A stretch of 51,270 bases of DNA from Nanobdellota archaeon (GTDB lineage Archaea; Nanobdellota; Nanobdellia; Parvarchaeales; Parvarchaeaceae): positions 1 through 51,270 of the forward strand of contig JAJZNV010000006.1 in assembly GCA_021852265.1 (NCBI GenBank), written 5' to 3'. The first letter of the stretch is position 1, and each line of letters begins with the position of its first letter. The notes beneath the pieces are model-generated. The model did no database searches. It saw nothing but the letters and a program-made list of their open reading frames with translations, and was not told where the DNA came from. Positions 1-10,020 of the stretch are shown here, piece after piece. A program made the translations under genes and the position numbers.

Positions 1-41
1 ATTAAATAGTTGATTTCCAATGATAAAGATAAATAGTTTGC

Positions 42-551
42 TTGAGTAACGATCTTATGGCAAGTAGGGCGCTTAAGAGATACCAATTGGAATATGTAGC
101 TAAGGTACTTGTCATAGTAGGGTTGTTGTTTATTCTTCTTTCTTGGATTGTAGGGGTTTATTATTTTGGAGTTACGGGAAAGATTACGCTGTTTATACCT
201 CCTTTTATATTCACTTGTGTTTTAGCAGTGCTGCTTTTTATGATTAGATACAGATACACATTGTTTGAAAAATATCCTTATCTTATGAACCTGCCATCAT
301 TGTTCTATCGTATCAGAGACCGAAAAGGTTCAAAAAATCAGAGCATTGCATTCAGCATGATCTTCACCGTGCATGCATTGATAATCGCCTTTCTAGGCAT
401 CTTGAGCATGGTTTTGACGTTCAGCGTAGGTTCCGGCATTCAAAGCAAAGGAGTTTCGCCATTTTTATATGGGTATCTTGCAATAATTGTGATTCTGATC
501 GTATCCGTGATATTACAGTACCGCAGGATCTATATTAAGTTTTTGAGATAA
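42..551 (+). CDS. Multi-pass membrane protein (about 4 TM), function unknown
   Basis: Four hydrophobic segments separated by short basic loops; start uncertain (TTG 42 or ATG 57). Confidence 0.6.
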   Translation: MSNDLMASRALKRYQLEYVAKVLVIVGLLFILLSWIVGVYYFGVTGKITLFIPPFIFTCVLAVLLFMIRYRYTLFEKYPYLMNLPSLFYRIRDRKGSKNQSIAFSMIFTVHALIIAFLGILSMVLTFSVGSGIQSKGVSPFLYGYLAIIVILIVSVILQYRRIYIKFLR

Positions 552-810
552 ACTGTATATTAGACAGATAAGTTAAAACAATTCTTTAAATAAGGTAAAG
601 AACTAACTCGAATTTGGATCGAAATCGTTTCTTTATAGAATCTTCATAATTTATCTATTTTTTTCTGTCTTTTTAGCGCACATGGTATAAATGCTTAAAT
701 ACTCGCATATTTCTATACGATTAACATGAGCAAATATATTAAGATACTAACAGGAGTATTTTAGAAAATTTATTATAATGCGATAATTTTTTTATCCTGC
801 CCAGCTAATC

Positions 811-1245
811 CTACCGATTTATACTGGCGATTTTTATCTCGAATTTAAGTGTCTTACCAGATAGTGGAAAGTTAAAGTCAATGATGACATCTTCCCCAAC
901 TACATCAGTTATTAGACCTCTGTGGCCCTGACTGGAAGTGGCAGCCATTCCTATTTTAACCTCATTTTCACCGAACTGTTTCTTTGAAACCTTGATTATC
1001 AACTCTTTTCTAGGCAGTCCATATGCCTTCTCAGGAGAGAGACTTATGCGCTTGGTCTCGCCCGCTTTCATCCCTATAACAGCCTCATCGAAACCACTTA
1101 TTACCTGTCCCGAGCCCACTTCAAATTTTAGAGGTTCTTTTCCTTCATTTGAGTCGAATATAGTGCCATCTTCAAGCGTGCCCTTGTAGAAAACACTGAC
1201 ATTGTCCCCCTTCTTTATAATAAAGTCGTTTGCTTTCTCTACCAT
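811..1245 (-). CDS. FKBP-type peptidyl-prolyl isomerase, SlyD-like (insert-in-flap)
   Basis: GDNVSVFYKGTLEDGTIFDS, GFDEAVIGM, PEKAYG, DFNFPLSGKTLKFEI; first in-frame ATG at 1245 (see finding on frameshifted N-terminus). Confidence 0.92.
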   Translation of the reverse strand: MVEKANDFIIKKGDNVSVFYKGTLEDGTIFDSNEGKEPLKFEVGSGQVISGFDEAVIGMKAGETKRISLSPEKAYGLPRKELIIKVSKKQFGENEVKIGMAATSSQGHRGLITDVVGEDVIIDFNFPLSGKTLKFEIKIASINR

Positions 1246-1496
1246 TAATATCACATATCCCAATAATCAGTATCAGGAATAACACTCTCCTTAAAAGAAA
1301 TTTCAAATTTCTTCTGCAGGCGTCATTATGTAAGAGTATATACTATTATATTAACGTGTTTGGTGGCTCAATCGACTACTTTTTTGCCAACGCAATTATT
1401 TCATAAAGCGATGGAAGATCTTTGCAGCGAAAGAGTAAGCATAGACAAGTGCTCTTTTAATAAACAGGTAAGTTAATGCAGGGCATGTAATTGACG

Positions 1497-2084
1497 TTAG
1501 CTAAGGTACTTTATCAGCTCATCGGTGGTTACAACATCAAAGAGCTTAGCCATATTTAGAAGGGAGCGTTGATGTGCCTCTTTATCCGTACTGGAGGAAG
1601 AATCTGATGCGACTATTGTATAGAACCCGCGGTTCACGGCGTCACGAGCACTGGATTCAACGCCTACTTCAGTTGATATGCCTGCTATGACCAATGTCTC
1701 TATGCCGGCATTTCTGGCCATCAACTCGAAATTCGTACCGATGAACACGCTTGCAGTATTTTTGTTTAGCACAACCTCATTTTCCTTAGGTATTATCGCT
1801 AACTCGAATGCTTCTTTTGGTAGCTGCGAGAGATTGTACTTCATCTTGGAAGAAGCATATTTTCTTGCAGGCGATTCAAACTCATGCGGCAAAGGTGTTA
1901 TCTTTGTGAAAAATATCGGCATATTTTTCTCACGTGCCTTTGCTATCAATCTATTCATATTAGACAGGAATTCGTCCTTATTGTAAATTCTTTCTACAAG
2001 CATCGTCTGCACGTCCCATACTATGAGAGCAGTGTGCTCTGGATTTATTATCTCTTTGATATTTTCGTATGCTTTTCTAGTCAT
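1497..2084 (-). CDS. Isochorismatase-family protein, YecD-like (catalytic Cys replaced by Gly)
   Basis: ALIVWDVQ, NKNTASVF, GISTEVGVESSARDA; ATG 2084 chosen because it lies ~22 nt downstream of a TTTATAAT box. Confidence 0.88.
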   Translation of the reverse strand: MTRKAYENIKEIINPEHTALIVWDVQTMLVERIYNKDEFLSNMNRLIAKAREKNMPIFFTKITPLPHEFESPARKYASSKMKYNLSQLPKEAFELAIIPKENEVVLNKNTASVFIGTNFELMARNAGIETLVIAGISTEVGVESSARDAVNRGFYTIVASDSSSSTDKEAHQRSLLNMAKLFDVVTTDELIKYLS

Positions 2085-2199
2085 TTCATACCATAGCATT
2101 AACAAATTATAAACTTTTAGGTGCCAGATACCAAATAGTCAGGTGAATATTCACTGTCTTAGCGGTGCCTAGATTTTGTCCGTCATAATGAAACAATTT

Positions 2200-2808
2200 T
2201 TATGGTAACTGAAAAGGTGATTCGTGCGGCAATCTGTATCTCGCTTTTTTTAGGGCCCCCCAGACTTCCTCTAGGTTGCCGCCATCATATCTTATTACCT
2301 GCGGATGCCTGAAGTTTTTGTTGCCCTCGCTAGCAGGCATTATGACTAGACCCCTGTGTCTGTGCTTAAGCCAGCTTTCTATATAAGGTGGGAAATCGTC
2401 GACGAGCACTTTCCCGTACACGAGTCCCTTATCTTGTGTAAGTATCACATCAACATCGTAGCCCATGTTCTTGTCGATCCATTTTTTCTTTCCGGAATAG
2501 GCAGAAGGATTTCTTTTTGGTACTTTAGAGAGGATCACAATCCTAAAACCGAGTTTTTTGGCTATTTTTAGTATATCCCACCCAAGTCTAAATTTTGGAA
2601 GGTTAACCCACCAGTCCTCTTCTCTTTTTATGAGGTTAATTCTCTCCCTGAGATATTCAGGCATCTCTTCGCCGTTGGAATGGACACGCGTCTTTGGCTC
2701 TTTAGGAGACCTGAGCCTTTCCAGACTGTTGAACATAGCTTTATCATAATCACACAGTGTTCCGTCCAAATCGAATAATGCTATCGCTTCTTCATCAAAT
2801 ACCACCAT
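2200..2808 (-). CDS. HAD-superfamily 5'(3')-deoxyribonucleotidase-like (NT5C) protein
   Basis: Motif I FDLDGTLCD, K..W (GKKKWI), DKGLVYGKVLVDDFP. Confidence 0.75.
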   Translation of the reverse strand: MVVFDEEAIALFDLDGTLCDYDKAMFNSLERLRSPKEPKTRVHSNGEEMPEYLRERINLIKREEDWWVNLPKFRLGWDILKIAKKLGFRIVILSKVPKRNPSAYSGKKKWIDKNMGYDVDVILTQDKGLVYGKVLVDDFPPYIESWLKHRHRGLVIMPASEGNKNFRHPQVIRYDGGNLEEVWGALKKARYRLPHESPFQLP

Positions 2809-2855
2809 ATGTTAATGATTCGTGCAAATAAATTGTTTTGTACTGGTTAATGAAA

Positions 2856-4004
2856 CTATTGTCCGTTAAGTATGCCTGCAAAACGATTGATTACTGTATC
2901 GTTTACGCTGCCCCAGTCCATGAATCGCCTGCATTCCGTATCCTGGAATGTCGAAAGTTTGCCAAAATCTTTTTTCTGTGAGAGGTATATCTCAGTCCCA
3001 TAATACACGACGGAATTCTTGAATTTTCTCACCTTTCTTATACTATTGTCAATTCTGTTCCTATCGTTTTTCAGTATCCAGGAAATTCTCTGCATATCAT
3101 GGTTATCTGCAAAGGCAAAGTGCTCTGTAGAATAATCTATCTTGTCCTCAGAGTACTGTCGCCTAAGCTTAAAATTCTGCGAGAAGTCGAGGGGCGTCTT
3201 GAATATATTATTTAACGCAGACATCGCAAACTCCTCTGCGTCCGAGTCGCCTATTATATCCCAGTTTTTGCCCTGATTCTTAAAGAGTATAGCACGTAGG
3301 CGCTCTCTCAGTTTCTCTTCGTTTTTTAAAAACCAAAGCGTGTCGAGGTGCTCGGTTTTAATTCCCGTAAGCCATATCTCGGGCATAAACATGAGCCTGT
3401 TGTCAAGTTTAAGGCATTCTGATACAAACTCTGACCAGAACTTTGTAGAGGGGCCTATAGCATGATCCAGTCTGTACCCGTCTATCCCAAATTCTTTTAT
3501 CCAGTAAGAAGCTGCATCAATCAGGTAATTTATCACCTCATCGTTTTCTGTGTTAAGCTTCGGCAGCGTTTTAACATCCAGAAAACACTTATATGTCCCT
3601 GATTTATCAAAAACAAACCATTTTCGATACATGCTACGTTTATCCCTGAAAGCCGAGCGGAAGAAGTTATGCTGATTAGATACATGATTAGCTACGAAAT
3701 CCAATATGACTTTTATTCCAAGTTTATGTGCCTTGTCTACCAGCTGCTTTAAGTCTTTATTGGAACCGAAATGCGGGTCTATCTTATAAAAGTCGAGTAC
3801 AGAGTAGCCGTTGTATTCGGCGGCTTCGGATATAGGCGTAAGCCATATAGCATCGAATCCAAGTTTTTTTATGTATTCAAGTTTATTTTCAACGCCTCTC
3901 AAGTTTCCGCCCATTCTTCTTCTAGAAGTTTTTAAGGCGAGAGCTGCGTCTTTGCGTTTATTGCCCGTCGAAAAGCGATCTACCATTATCTGGTAAACTC
4001 TCAT
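2856..4004 (-). CDS. GH13 alpha-amylase/cyclomaltodextrinase-like glycosidase (short, cytoplasmic)
   Basis: YQIMVDRF, GGNLRG, LDFVANH, GYRLDHA (Asp nucleophile), PEIW (Glu), FADNHD; no signal peptide. Confidence 0.9.
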   Translation of the reverse strand: MRVYQIMVDRFSTGNKRKDAALALKTSRRRMGGNLRGVENKLEYIKKLGFDAIWLTPISEAAEYNGYSVLDFYKIDPHFGSNKDLKQLVDKAHKLGIKVILDFVANHVSNQHNFFRSAFRDKRSMYRKWFVFDKSGTYKCFLDVKTLPKLNTENDEVINYLIDAASYWIKEFGIDGYRLDHAIGPSTKFWSEFVSECLKLDNRLMFMPEIWLTGIKTEHLDTLWFLKNEEKLRERLRAILFKNQGKNWDIIGDSDAEEFAMSALNNIFKTPLDFSQNFKLRRQYSEDKIDYSTEHFAFADNHDMQRISWILKNDRNRIDNSIRKVRKFKNSVVYYGTEIYLSQKKDFGKLSTFQDTECRRFMDWGSVNDTVINRFAGILNGQ

Positions 4005-4057
4005 AAGAATAGTATGCATGGATTATTAATAAAAGATATATAATATGTACAACAAGG

Positions 4058-5143
4058 ATGTATATGGTAAGGGTTACTCTCAGGGATATCTATAAATCAT
4101 TCAAGCACAAAAAACAGGCCGTTAGTGTACTGTCTGGTGTTAACCTGGAAATAAACGAGGGGCAATTCACGGTAATACTCGCTCCATCCGGTGAAGGGAA
4201 AACAACTCTCCTTAGAGTTATAGCCGGACTCGAAAGACCGGATAAAGGCGATGTGCTTATTGATGGTAAGAACGTAAATGATTACCCTCCGAAAGACAGG
4301 AATCTGGCCATGGTTTTCCAAAACTATGCAGTATATCCTTTTCTTACGGTTTATGGAAACATAGCATTTCCACTGAAAGTCATGCATGTAGCAAAGGATG
4401 AGATAGACCGGCGTGTAAAAACTGTTGCAAAGATGCTGCAAGTGGACGGGCTTCTAGACAGGAAACCAACGCAGTTATCCGGGGGCCAGAGGCAGAGAGT
4501 AGCTATCGCGAGAGCGCTTGTAAAAGGAACAAAACTGCTTCTTATGGACGAGCCGCTATCAAATTTGGACGCACAGCTGAGGACTTTGGCAAGGGCTGAA
4601 CTTAAGCAGCTTCAAAAAAAACTTGGTATAACAGTTGTATACGTGACACATGACCAGAGTGAAGCTATGGTATTGGCGGATAGAGTCGCGATACTTCACG
4701 CAGGGAAGATAGAAGAGGTAGATGATCCATTAAGTATCTACAGACAGCCGTTAAATACCTGGGTAGCAGGTTTTATAGGGAATCCACCGATGAATCTTAT
4801 AGAAGGAAAACTGGTAAAAAAGCGGACATTCGCATTTAATAAATCAAAGATAAAGATCCCTACAACCGTCGCAAAAAGAATTCTGGGAAATATGGAGACT
4901 GCTATAGTCGGTATAAGACCAGAGGATATAAAACTCGGCAGTGGCGATATCAAAGGAACGGTCACTCTAGTTGAACCGCTGGGATCACAGACTCTTCTGC
5001 ATGTAGCTGTTGGAGATACACAGATAAAAGTTATCGCATTTCATACACACATGATTGAACTTAATAGAAAGGTGTCACTTGATCTGTCCAGTAATAGCAT
5101 GGTTTTCTTCGATAAAAGGACTGGAAAGACTGTAATGGGATGA
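4058..5143 (+). CDS. malK: Sugar ABC transporter ATP-binding subunit (CUT1, MalK-like)
   Basis: Walker A variant APSGEGKTT, MVFQNYA, LSGGQRQR, LLMDEPLSNLD, VTHDQ, C-terminal TOBE/OB region. Confidence 0.95.
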   Translation: MYMVRVTLRDIYKSFKHKKQAVSVLSGVNLEINEGQFTVILAPSGEGKTTLLRVIAGLERPDKGDVLIDGKNVNDYPPKDRNLAMVFQNYAVYPFLTVYGNIAFPLKVMHVAKDEIDRRVKTVAKMLQVDGLLDRKPTQLSGGQRQRVAIARALVKGTKLLLMDEPLSNLDAQLRTLARAELKQLQKKLGITVVYVTHDQSEAMVLADRVAILHAGKIEEVDDPLSIYRQPLNTWVAGFIGNPPMNLIEGKLVKKRTFAFNKSKIKIPTTVAKRILGNMETAIVGIRPEDIKLGSGDIKGTVTLVEPLGSQTLLHVAVGDTQIKVIAFHTHMIELNRKVSLDLSSNSMVFFDKRTGKTVMG

Positions 5144-5183
5144 CATTACCTTAGATAGGTGTGCACTATTTTCAAATAGGTTT

Positions 5184-6053
5184 TTATCTTATACCGCTTA
5201 CTGAATACATCTGTGTAAGATACTTCTGGAAAACAATGTATAATGTCACTATCGGCAGCCCCATAAGAATCGAAAAAGCAGCGAATATATTCAGATTCAC
5301 CGCAGCGGTCTGACTACCGGATGCAGTCGCTGAAACATGGTAAAGTCCAAGCATGAGCGTATACAAACTGCCTTTACTTACAAGAACATTTATAACCGCA
5401 TAATCTGTGTACGCCGCTATAAATGCCAGTAGCGTCAGAAATATTACTATAGGCCGCGCTATCCTGAATAACACAGTCAGGAACGCCATGAACCTGCTTT
5501 GCCCATCAACCATAGCAGCTTCTTCATAATCTTTTGGCACGCTGTCTATGAAGATTTTTGACATGTATGCGCCGAATATAGCCGTACCGCTGGCGTAGAT
5601 GAGTATCAAGCCGAGGTAATTATTCAACAACCCGAGATGTGAATAGCTCAGGTATATCGGTATCACGATAGCAGTGAATGGGAAAAACGTCAGAATATAT
5701 AAGAAAACTATAAGCGCCTTCTTTCCAGGGATATTGAGACGTGACAGAGCTATACCTGCTAAAAATGCAGTTGATAAAGCAACGGCTACAGTGCCTGCTG
5801 CGAGTACGAGGCTGTTAATGAGCCATGTAAAGAACGGGCTTGCCATCACTGCTTCGTAAGCTGAAAGTGTAAAATCGGAAAAATTCGGTATAAGTGAGCT
5901 CAGTGAAAGTGTGGCTATAGAGGGTATCTTGCTGAAAGATAAGAGGACTATATAATAAAGTGGGAATAAAGCAAAGATTAGCACCATTCCAATCACTATG
6001 TAAGATAGAGTCCATTTGATGAAATTCAAAACAGTGTATTTATTCACATCCAT
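5184..6053 (-). CDS. malG: Sugar ABC transporter permease (MalG-like)
   Basis: EAA loop DYEEAAMVDG, 6 TM, FQKYL near C-terminus. Confidence 0.9.
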   Translation of the reverse strand: MDVNKYTVLNFIKWTLSYIVIGMVLIFALFPLYYIVLLSFSKIPSIATLSLSSLIPNFSDFTLSAYEAVMASPFFTWLINSLVLAAGTVAVALSTAFLAGIALSRLNIPGKKALIVFLYILTFFPFTAIVIPIYLSYSHLGLLNNYLGLILIYASGTAIFGAYMSKIFIDSVPKDYEEAAMVDGQSRFMAFLTVLFRIARPIVIFLTLLAFIAAYTDYAVINVLVSKGSLYTLMLGLYHVSATASGSQTAAVNLNIFAAFSILMGLPIVTLYIVFQKYLTQMYSVSGIR

Positions 6054-6061
6054 TATTTACC

Positions 6062-6973
6062 TCAACTTATCATGTCCAATACCTTCGTGTATTTTAACAT
6101 GAAAATTGCCATTATCGCAAGTATCACCACAGAAATTACTGAGAATGCTGCACCGAGGGAATAGTTATAATAAGAAAATGCCTGCGAATACGCGTACACT
6201 GTAAGGGAATAAGTGCTTGTTCCAGGACCACCAGATGTCAACAAATATATCGGATAGAAATTATTCCATGTAAATATAAAACCGCTTATGGATGCAAAGG
6301 CAACTGCACCCTTTATGGAGGGCCAGGTCACGCGCGAAAAACGCTGTAACATATTTGCACCGTCCACCTTTGCCGACTCATGGAATTCATCAGGAACACT
6401 TTGCATTGATGAAAGGAAAAATGCGGTATAATACGGAAATGAAAGCCACAGGTTGGTTATTATAAGCACACTCCATGCAGGGATAACAGAATAAAGCCAA
6501 TTTATTTGTGAGAGTCCAAATAGACTTAGGAACTGATTTATTATACCGAAGTGCGTATTCCACATCCCAGACCATACAAGAAGAGATATAAATGCGGGAA
6601 ACGCCCACGGCAGCAGTATAAGCGTGAATATGGGGAGTTTGAGTTTAAAGCCCTTTTGGTTGAGTATTACTGCCACTAACATCCCCATCAGCACCATCGG
6701 CACTATACTCCCAACAGTCCAGATAAGTGTCTGTAGTATTATTGGATATATCAATCCGCTCTGGAACAGCAGATAATAATTCTGAAAGCCAACGATCGTG
6801 GCGTTGAACAGATGTTGAAGACTAAAGTTAGTGAATGAGATATAAATTCCATAAGCAATGGGGTAAAGGAATATAAATAGAATAAGCCCGATTATTGGTA
6901 AAAGGTACACATAGTTTGTAAGAGCTTTCCCAAAAGTCTTTTCTAATCCAATTTTAAAGGCGTTGGGAAACAT
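6062..6973 (-). CDS. malF: Sugar ABC transporter permease (MalF-like)
   Basis: GFQNY, LLPWAFP, EFHESAKVDGA, GGPG. Confidence 0.9.
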   Translation of the reverse strand: MFPNAFKIGLEKTFGKALTNYVYLLPIIGLILFIFLYPIAYGIYISFTNFSLQHLFNATIVGFQNYYLLFQSGLIYPIILQTLIWTVGSIVPMVLMGMLVAVILNQKGFKLKLPIFTLILLPWAFPAFISLLVWSGMWNTHFGIINQFLSLFGLSQINWLYSVIPAWSVLIITNLWLSFPYYTAFFLSSMQSVPDEFHESAKVDGANMLQRFSRVTWPSIKGAVAFASISGFIFTWNNFYPIYLLTSGGPGTSTYSLTVYAYSQAFSYYNYSLGAAFSVISVVILAIMAIFMLKYTKVLDMIS

Positions 6974-7026
6974 ATGGAGTATATCTCATTTATTAGGTAT
7001 AAAACCATCCCAGTCTTTGTGACATC

Positions 7027-8424
7027 TTAGCTACAGGCTGGCAAAGTTATTGTGCCATTACTGGCAACGAATGCCTGTACACAACTAGCTACATCTTGTG
7101 CAGTTATAGTCTTATTTGTGTAATACAATCCCAGCTCAGGGTGCATACCAGATACGCCACTGTAATAATAGTTCATCTGTGGTGTACTTGGTTGAGGAAT
7201 AGTGTGTCCTTGTTCTTGTGCAAGAATGCCCTGTTCCACGCCACTAAATTCTGCAGCTGTTAAATTCTCAGCAGCAGCAAATGGGGGAAGAAGTGTGCCT
7301 GCCTGTGCACTAGAAATCAATTGGGATAATACTACGTTATTTGATGGGAGGTCTCCACTCCCATTATACATCCACGCTTGTGCCTGTGAAGAAGCAAGGA
7401 ATTCTGCAAATGTTATAGAAGCATTAATCTGTGCTGCTGAAGCACCGCTGGCCTGCGGGACCGTTACGGCTATCGCATTTGATCCTAGTATTGGAGCGAA
7501 ATATTGTCCAGTCGATGACACCTTCGGAAGTGGCGCCGCGCCTAGATTAGTACCTAAAGCATTGACAAGTGGTACGAGATCCCAAGGTCCATCAAACATT
7601 ATTGCTGCTTTACCGGTCTCAAATAATTGGCCTTCAAGTCCACTTGCAAAGCTGACACCCGAGCCTGAACCAAGATCAGGGTTTATGTGATTTATAAATG
7701 TTTGATTATACCAAAACTCCAGTGCATTCACCATTGCAGAACTATTTAGTGTCGGTGCACCGTATGTCCCATATTTGAACAGTCCTCCACCAAATCCTGC
7801 TAACCAAGCGGCTTCAACGTACCCATAAGTTGCACCCATCCCATAAGCGAATCCCCAGATTCCTTTGGTGTTATTCAAGTTCGTAAGATATGGTAGCAAT
7901 GCGCCGGTATTTGAAAGCACACTAGAATTAGTGATGTAAGCCTTGTTATAGTACATAAGTATAGAATTTTCATTTAGAGGCAAACCAAATACAACTGTGC
8001 CATTCTGTACTGAAACAGAATTCAGAGGTCCGGTTGCAAACTGTGAGAAGTAAGAAGAACCCAAGTAAGGGTTAAGATTCAGTAGTAATCCTGCGGAATA
8101 AAGCAGACCTTCATCGTTATTCGAGTCTACGTAAACATTCGGGGCCGAGGCCGCTACTGCAGCGGTCTCAAAGTTGGATGTTGAGAGACTGACATTAGTT
8201 ATTAAAACATGTATGTTTGGATGCTGTGCCTCAAATGCAGGCAATATCTTTGAAGCAAATGCATTATACTCAGAAGGAGAGAACGCTTCCCAGAAAGTTA
8301 TACTCACGCCCGTTGAAGGAACTGAAGAAGGTTTATAATAGTAATAGGCAGCGACACCGACTATAGCCACCACAACAACTACAAGAACCGCAACCCACAA
8401 ATTCATCGAGACCTTGTTGGTCAT
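7027..8424 (-). CDS. malE: Sugar ABC transporter substrate-binding protein (MalE-like), N-terminally membrane anchored
   Basis: N-terminal TM, ITFW, FEAQHPNIHV, GLPL, YYNK, GKAAIMFDGPW; many N-x-S/T sequons; first gene of the permease operon. Confidence 0.85.
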   Translation of the reverse strand: MTNKVSMNLWVAVLVVVVVAIVGVAAYYYYKPSSVPSTGVSITFWEAFSPSEYNAFASKILPAFEAQHPNIHVLITNVSLSTSNFETAAVAASAPNVYVDSNNDEGLLYSAGLLLNLNPYLGSSYFSQFATGPLNSVSVQNGTVVFGLPLNENSILMYYNKAYITNSSVLSNTGALLPYLTNLNNTKGIWGFAYGMGATYGYVEAAWLAGFGGGLFKYGTYGAPTLNSSAMVNALEFWYNQTFINHINPDLGSGSGVSFASGLEGQLFETGKAAIMFDGPWDLVPLVNALGTNLGAAPLPKVSSTGQYFAPILGSNAIAVTVPQASGASAAQINASITFAEFLASSQAQAWMYNGSGDLPSNNVVLSQLISSAQAGTLLPPFAAAENLTAAEFSGVEQGILAQEQGHTIPQPSTPQMNYYYSGVSGMHPELGLYYTNKTITAQDVASCVQAFVASNGTITLPACS

Positions 8425-8564
8425 GTTAAAATAAGCAAATTATTATATTTAAGTCTTTTTTGGGCCACTCTTACTGTTTAGGGTTGTCCTTTAAGTTTGT
8501 AGCATTCACCTTATATATGGTGTTCCAAGATAAATGATTAAAACTGCTAGCGCAATAGATTTAT

Positions 8565-9077
8565 ATGCTTGAGAACTTCAAAGACAAAAAACCAGAGATA
8601 CCCGCAGGTGTGTATATAGCAAAAACGGCAGAAATAATCGGAGACGTCAGCTTAGGTGAAAACTCCAGTGTATGGAATGGTGCAGTGCTTAGAGGAGACA
8701 TGCACTACATAAAACTCGGGAAGAATGTGAACGTCCAAGATAACGCTATTATCCACGGGACTAGTCCAAATTATCCTACTACTGTAGGGGATAATGTGTC
8801 AATAGGACATGCAGCGATAGTACATGGATGTAAAATTGGAAATAACTGTATAATCGGAATGGGCGCAATAGTATTGGAGGGTGTTGAAGTAGGCGATTGG
8901 TGTATAATCGGCGCTGGTTCAGTCATAACAGAAGGTGCAAAGATTCCAGGTGGAAGCCTTGTGGTAGGGGTGCCTGGACAAATCATCAAGAATCTTACAA
9001 CTGAGCAAAAAGAACGGATAACCCGGAATTGGAAGAATTATATAAGTCTAAAAAATGATTATATAGAAACCAGTTAG
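8565..9077 (+). CDS. Gamma-carbonic anhydrase family protein (hexapeptide repeat)
   Basis: LRGD, NVQDNAIIH, IGHAAIVHG (three His ligands), left-handed beta-helix repeats. Confidence 0.92.
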   Translation: MLENFKDKKPEIPAGVYIAKTAEIIGDVSLGENSSVWNGAVLRGDMHYIKLGKNVNVQDNAIIHGTSPNYPTTVGDNVSIGHAAIVHGCKIGNNCIIGMGAIVLEGVEVGDWCIIGAGSVITEGAKIPGGSLVVGVPGQIIKNLTTEQKERITRNWKNYISLKNDYIETS

Positions 9078-9088
9078 ATATAACTTAT

Positions 9089-9355
9089 TCAGACTAGCAT
9101 CGAAGCGTATTCTTTGTGCACTTCTATGAAGTGCAGTATGTAAGGGCAGTCTGGCTTTACTTTAAGATTATGTTTTTTTGCATATGCGAACGCCTCCAGA
9201 GCTATCTCAGCAGCAACGCCATGACCTCTATCTTTTACGGGAGTAAACGTGTGATAAATTATCATTACATTTCCATCTATTCTATAAAGAAGGTCGGCTT
9301 CGCCATGCTCCGTAGTCTTCCACATTCTTCCAGACTGATTATTTACTATTGCCAT
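9089..9355 (-). CDS. Small GNAT acetyltransferase (YjdJ-like)
   Basis: HTFTP, RGHGVA, PDCPY; 88 aa. Confidence 0.85.
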   Translation of the reverse strand: MAIVNNQSGRMWKTTEHGEADLLYRIDGNVMIIYHTFTPVKDRGHGVAAEIALEAFAYAKKHNLKVKPDCPYILHFIEVHKEYASMLV

Positions 9356-9959
9356 TTTTGTGTGCCACTCTGCGGTTAAGCCCCGCAGACGACAATAATG
9401 AACCGGAGAACAACACTGCCCATAAGAGAGTCGGATAGACTATCAGTCTCTCCATACCTCCCGGACCCAGTCCAAAATAGATATTTGTCTCGAGTAGGAT
9501 TGTTGCAGCAAGGCTTACTGCTCCAAGTATTATAGAGGGGTAACGTGCTGCAGTCTTCCAGACAGCTCCATAGTATATAGCGGCGACAGATCCGAAAATA
9601 AATACTGCTGCGGAAAATAGTACATGAACTACACCGAAATTTTCATTGAATGCTCCTACTCCTATCGCACTAACTCCAGCAATAAGCACAAGTGCAGTAA
9701 ATATTCTGCTGTGCATGCCTTTGTACAGGAAATAAGAGCCAATGGCTATCATAAGTCCGAGCAGGATTATTGATGAATTAAAAAGCCATGCAGAGCTGCC
9801 GACGCCAAGGTCGCTTATATAATTATTTGATATGCTGTACCCTGCATAAAGCGCTTCGGATACAAACATCGCTATAATAAAATATATCGCACCGAGTCCA
9901 ATGAGAAGCCCCGCGATTTGAAGGTCGGATAAGTCCGATTTCATATAACTTTCTATCAT
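9339..9959 (-). CDS. DUF998-family membrane protein
   Basis: YSISNNYISDLG, FNSS, VGAFNE, GLGPGGMERL. Confidence 0.8.
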   Translation of the reverse strand: MIESYMKSDLSDLQIAGLLIGLGAIYFIIAMFVSEALYAGYSISNNYISDLGVGSSAWLFNSSIILLGLMIAIGSYFLYKGMHSRIFTALVLIAGVSAIGVGAFNENFGVVHVLFSAAVFIFGSVAAIYYGAVWKTAARYPSIILGAVSLAATILLETNIYFGLGPGGMERLIVYPTLLWAVLFSGSLLSSAGLNRRVAHKNGNSK

Positions 9960-10020
9960 TTCATTATTTAATACTTTAGTTTCTGAGATCGTTTATTAAC
10001 GTGAAGATACATTTATTTGA

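Noticed and set aside
726-764. 12-codon ORF MSKYIKILTGVF behind a TATA-like box
   Set aside because: Too short and AT-rich to distinguish from chance
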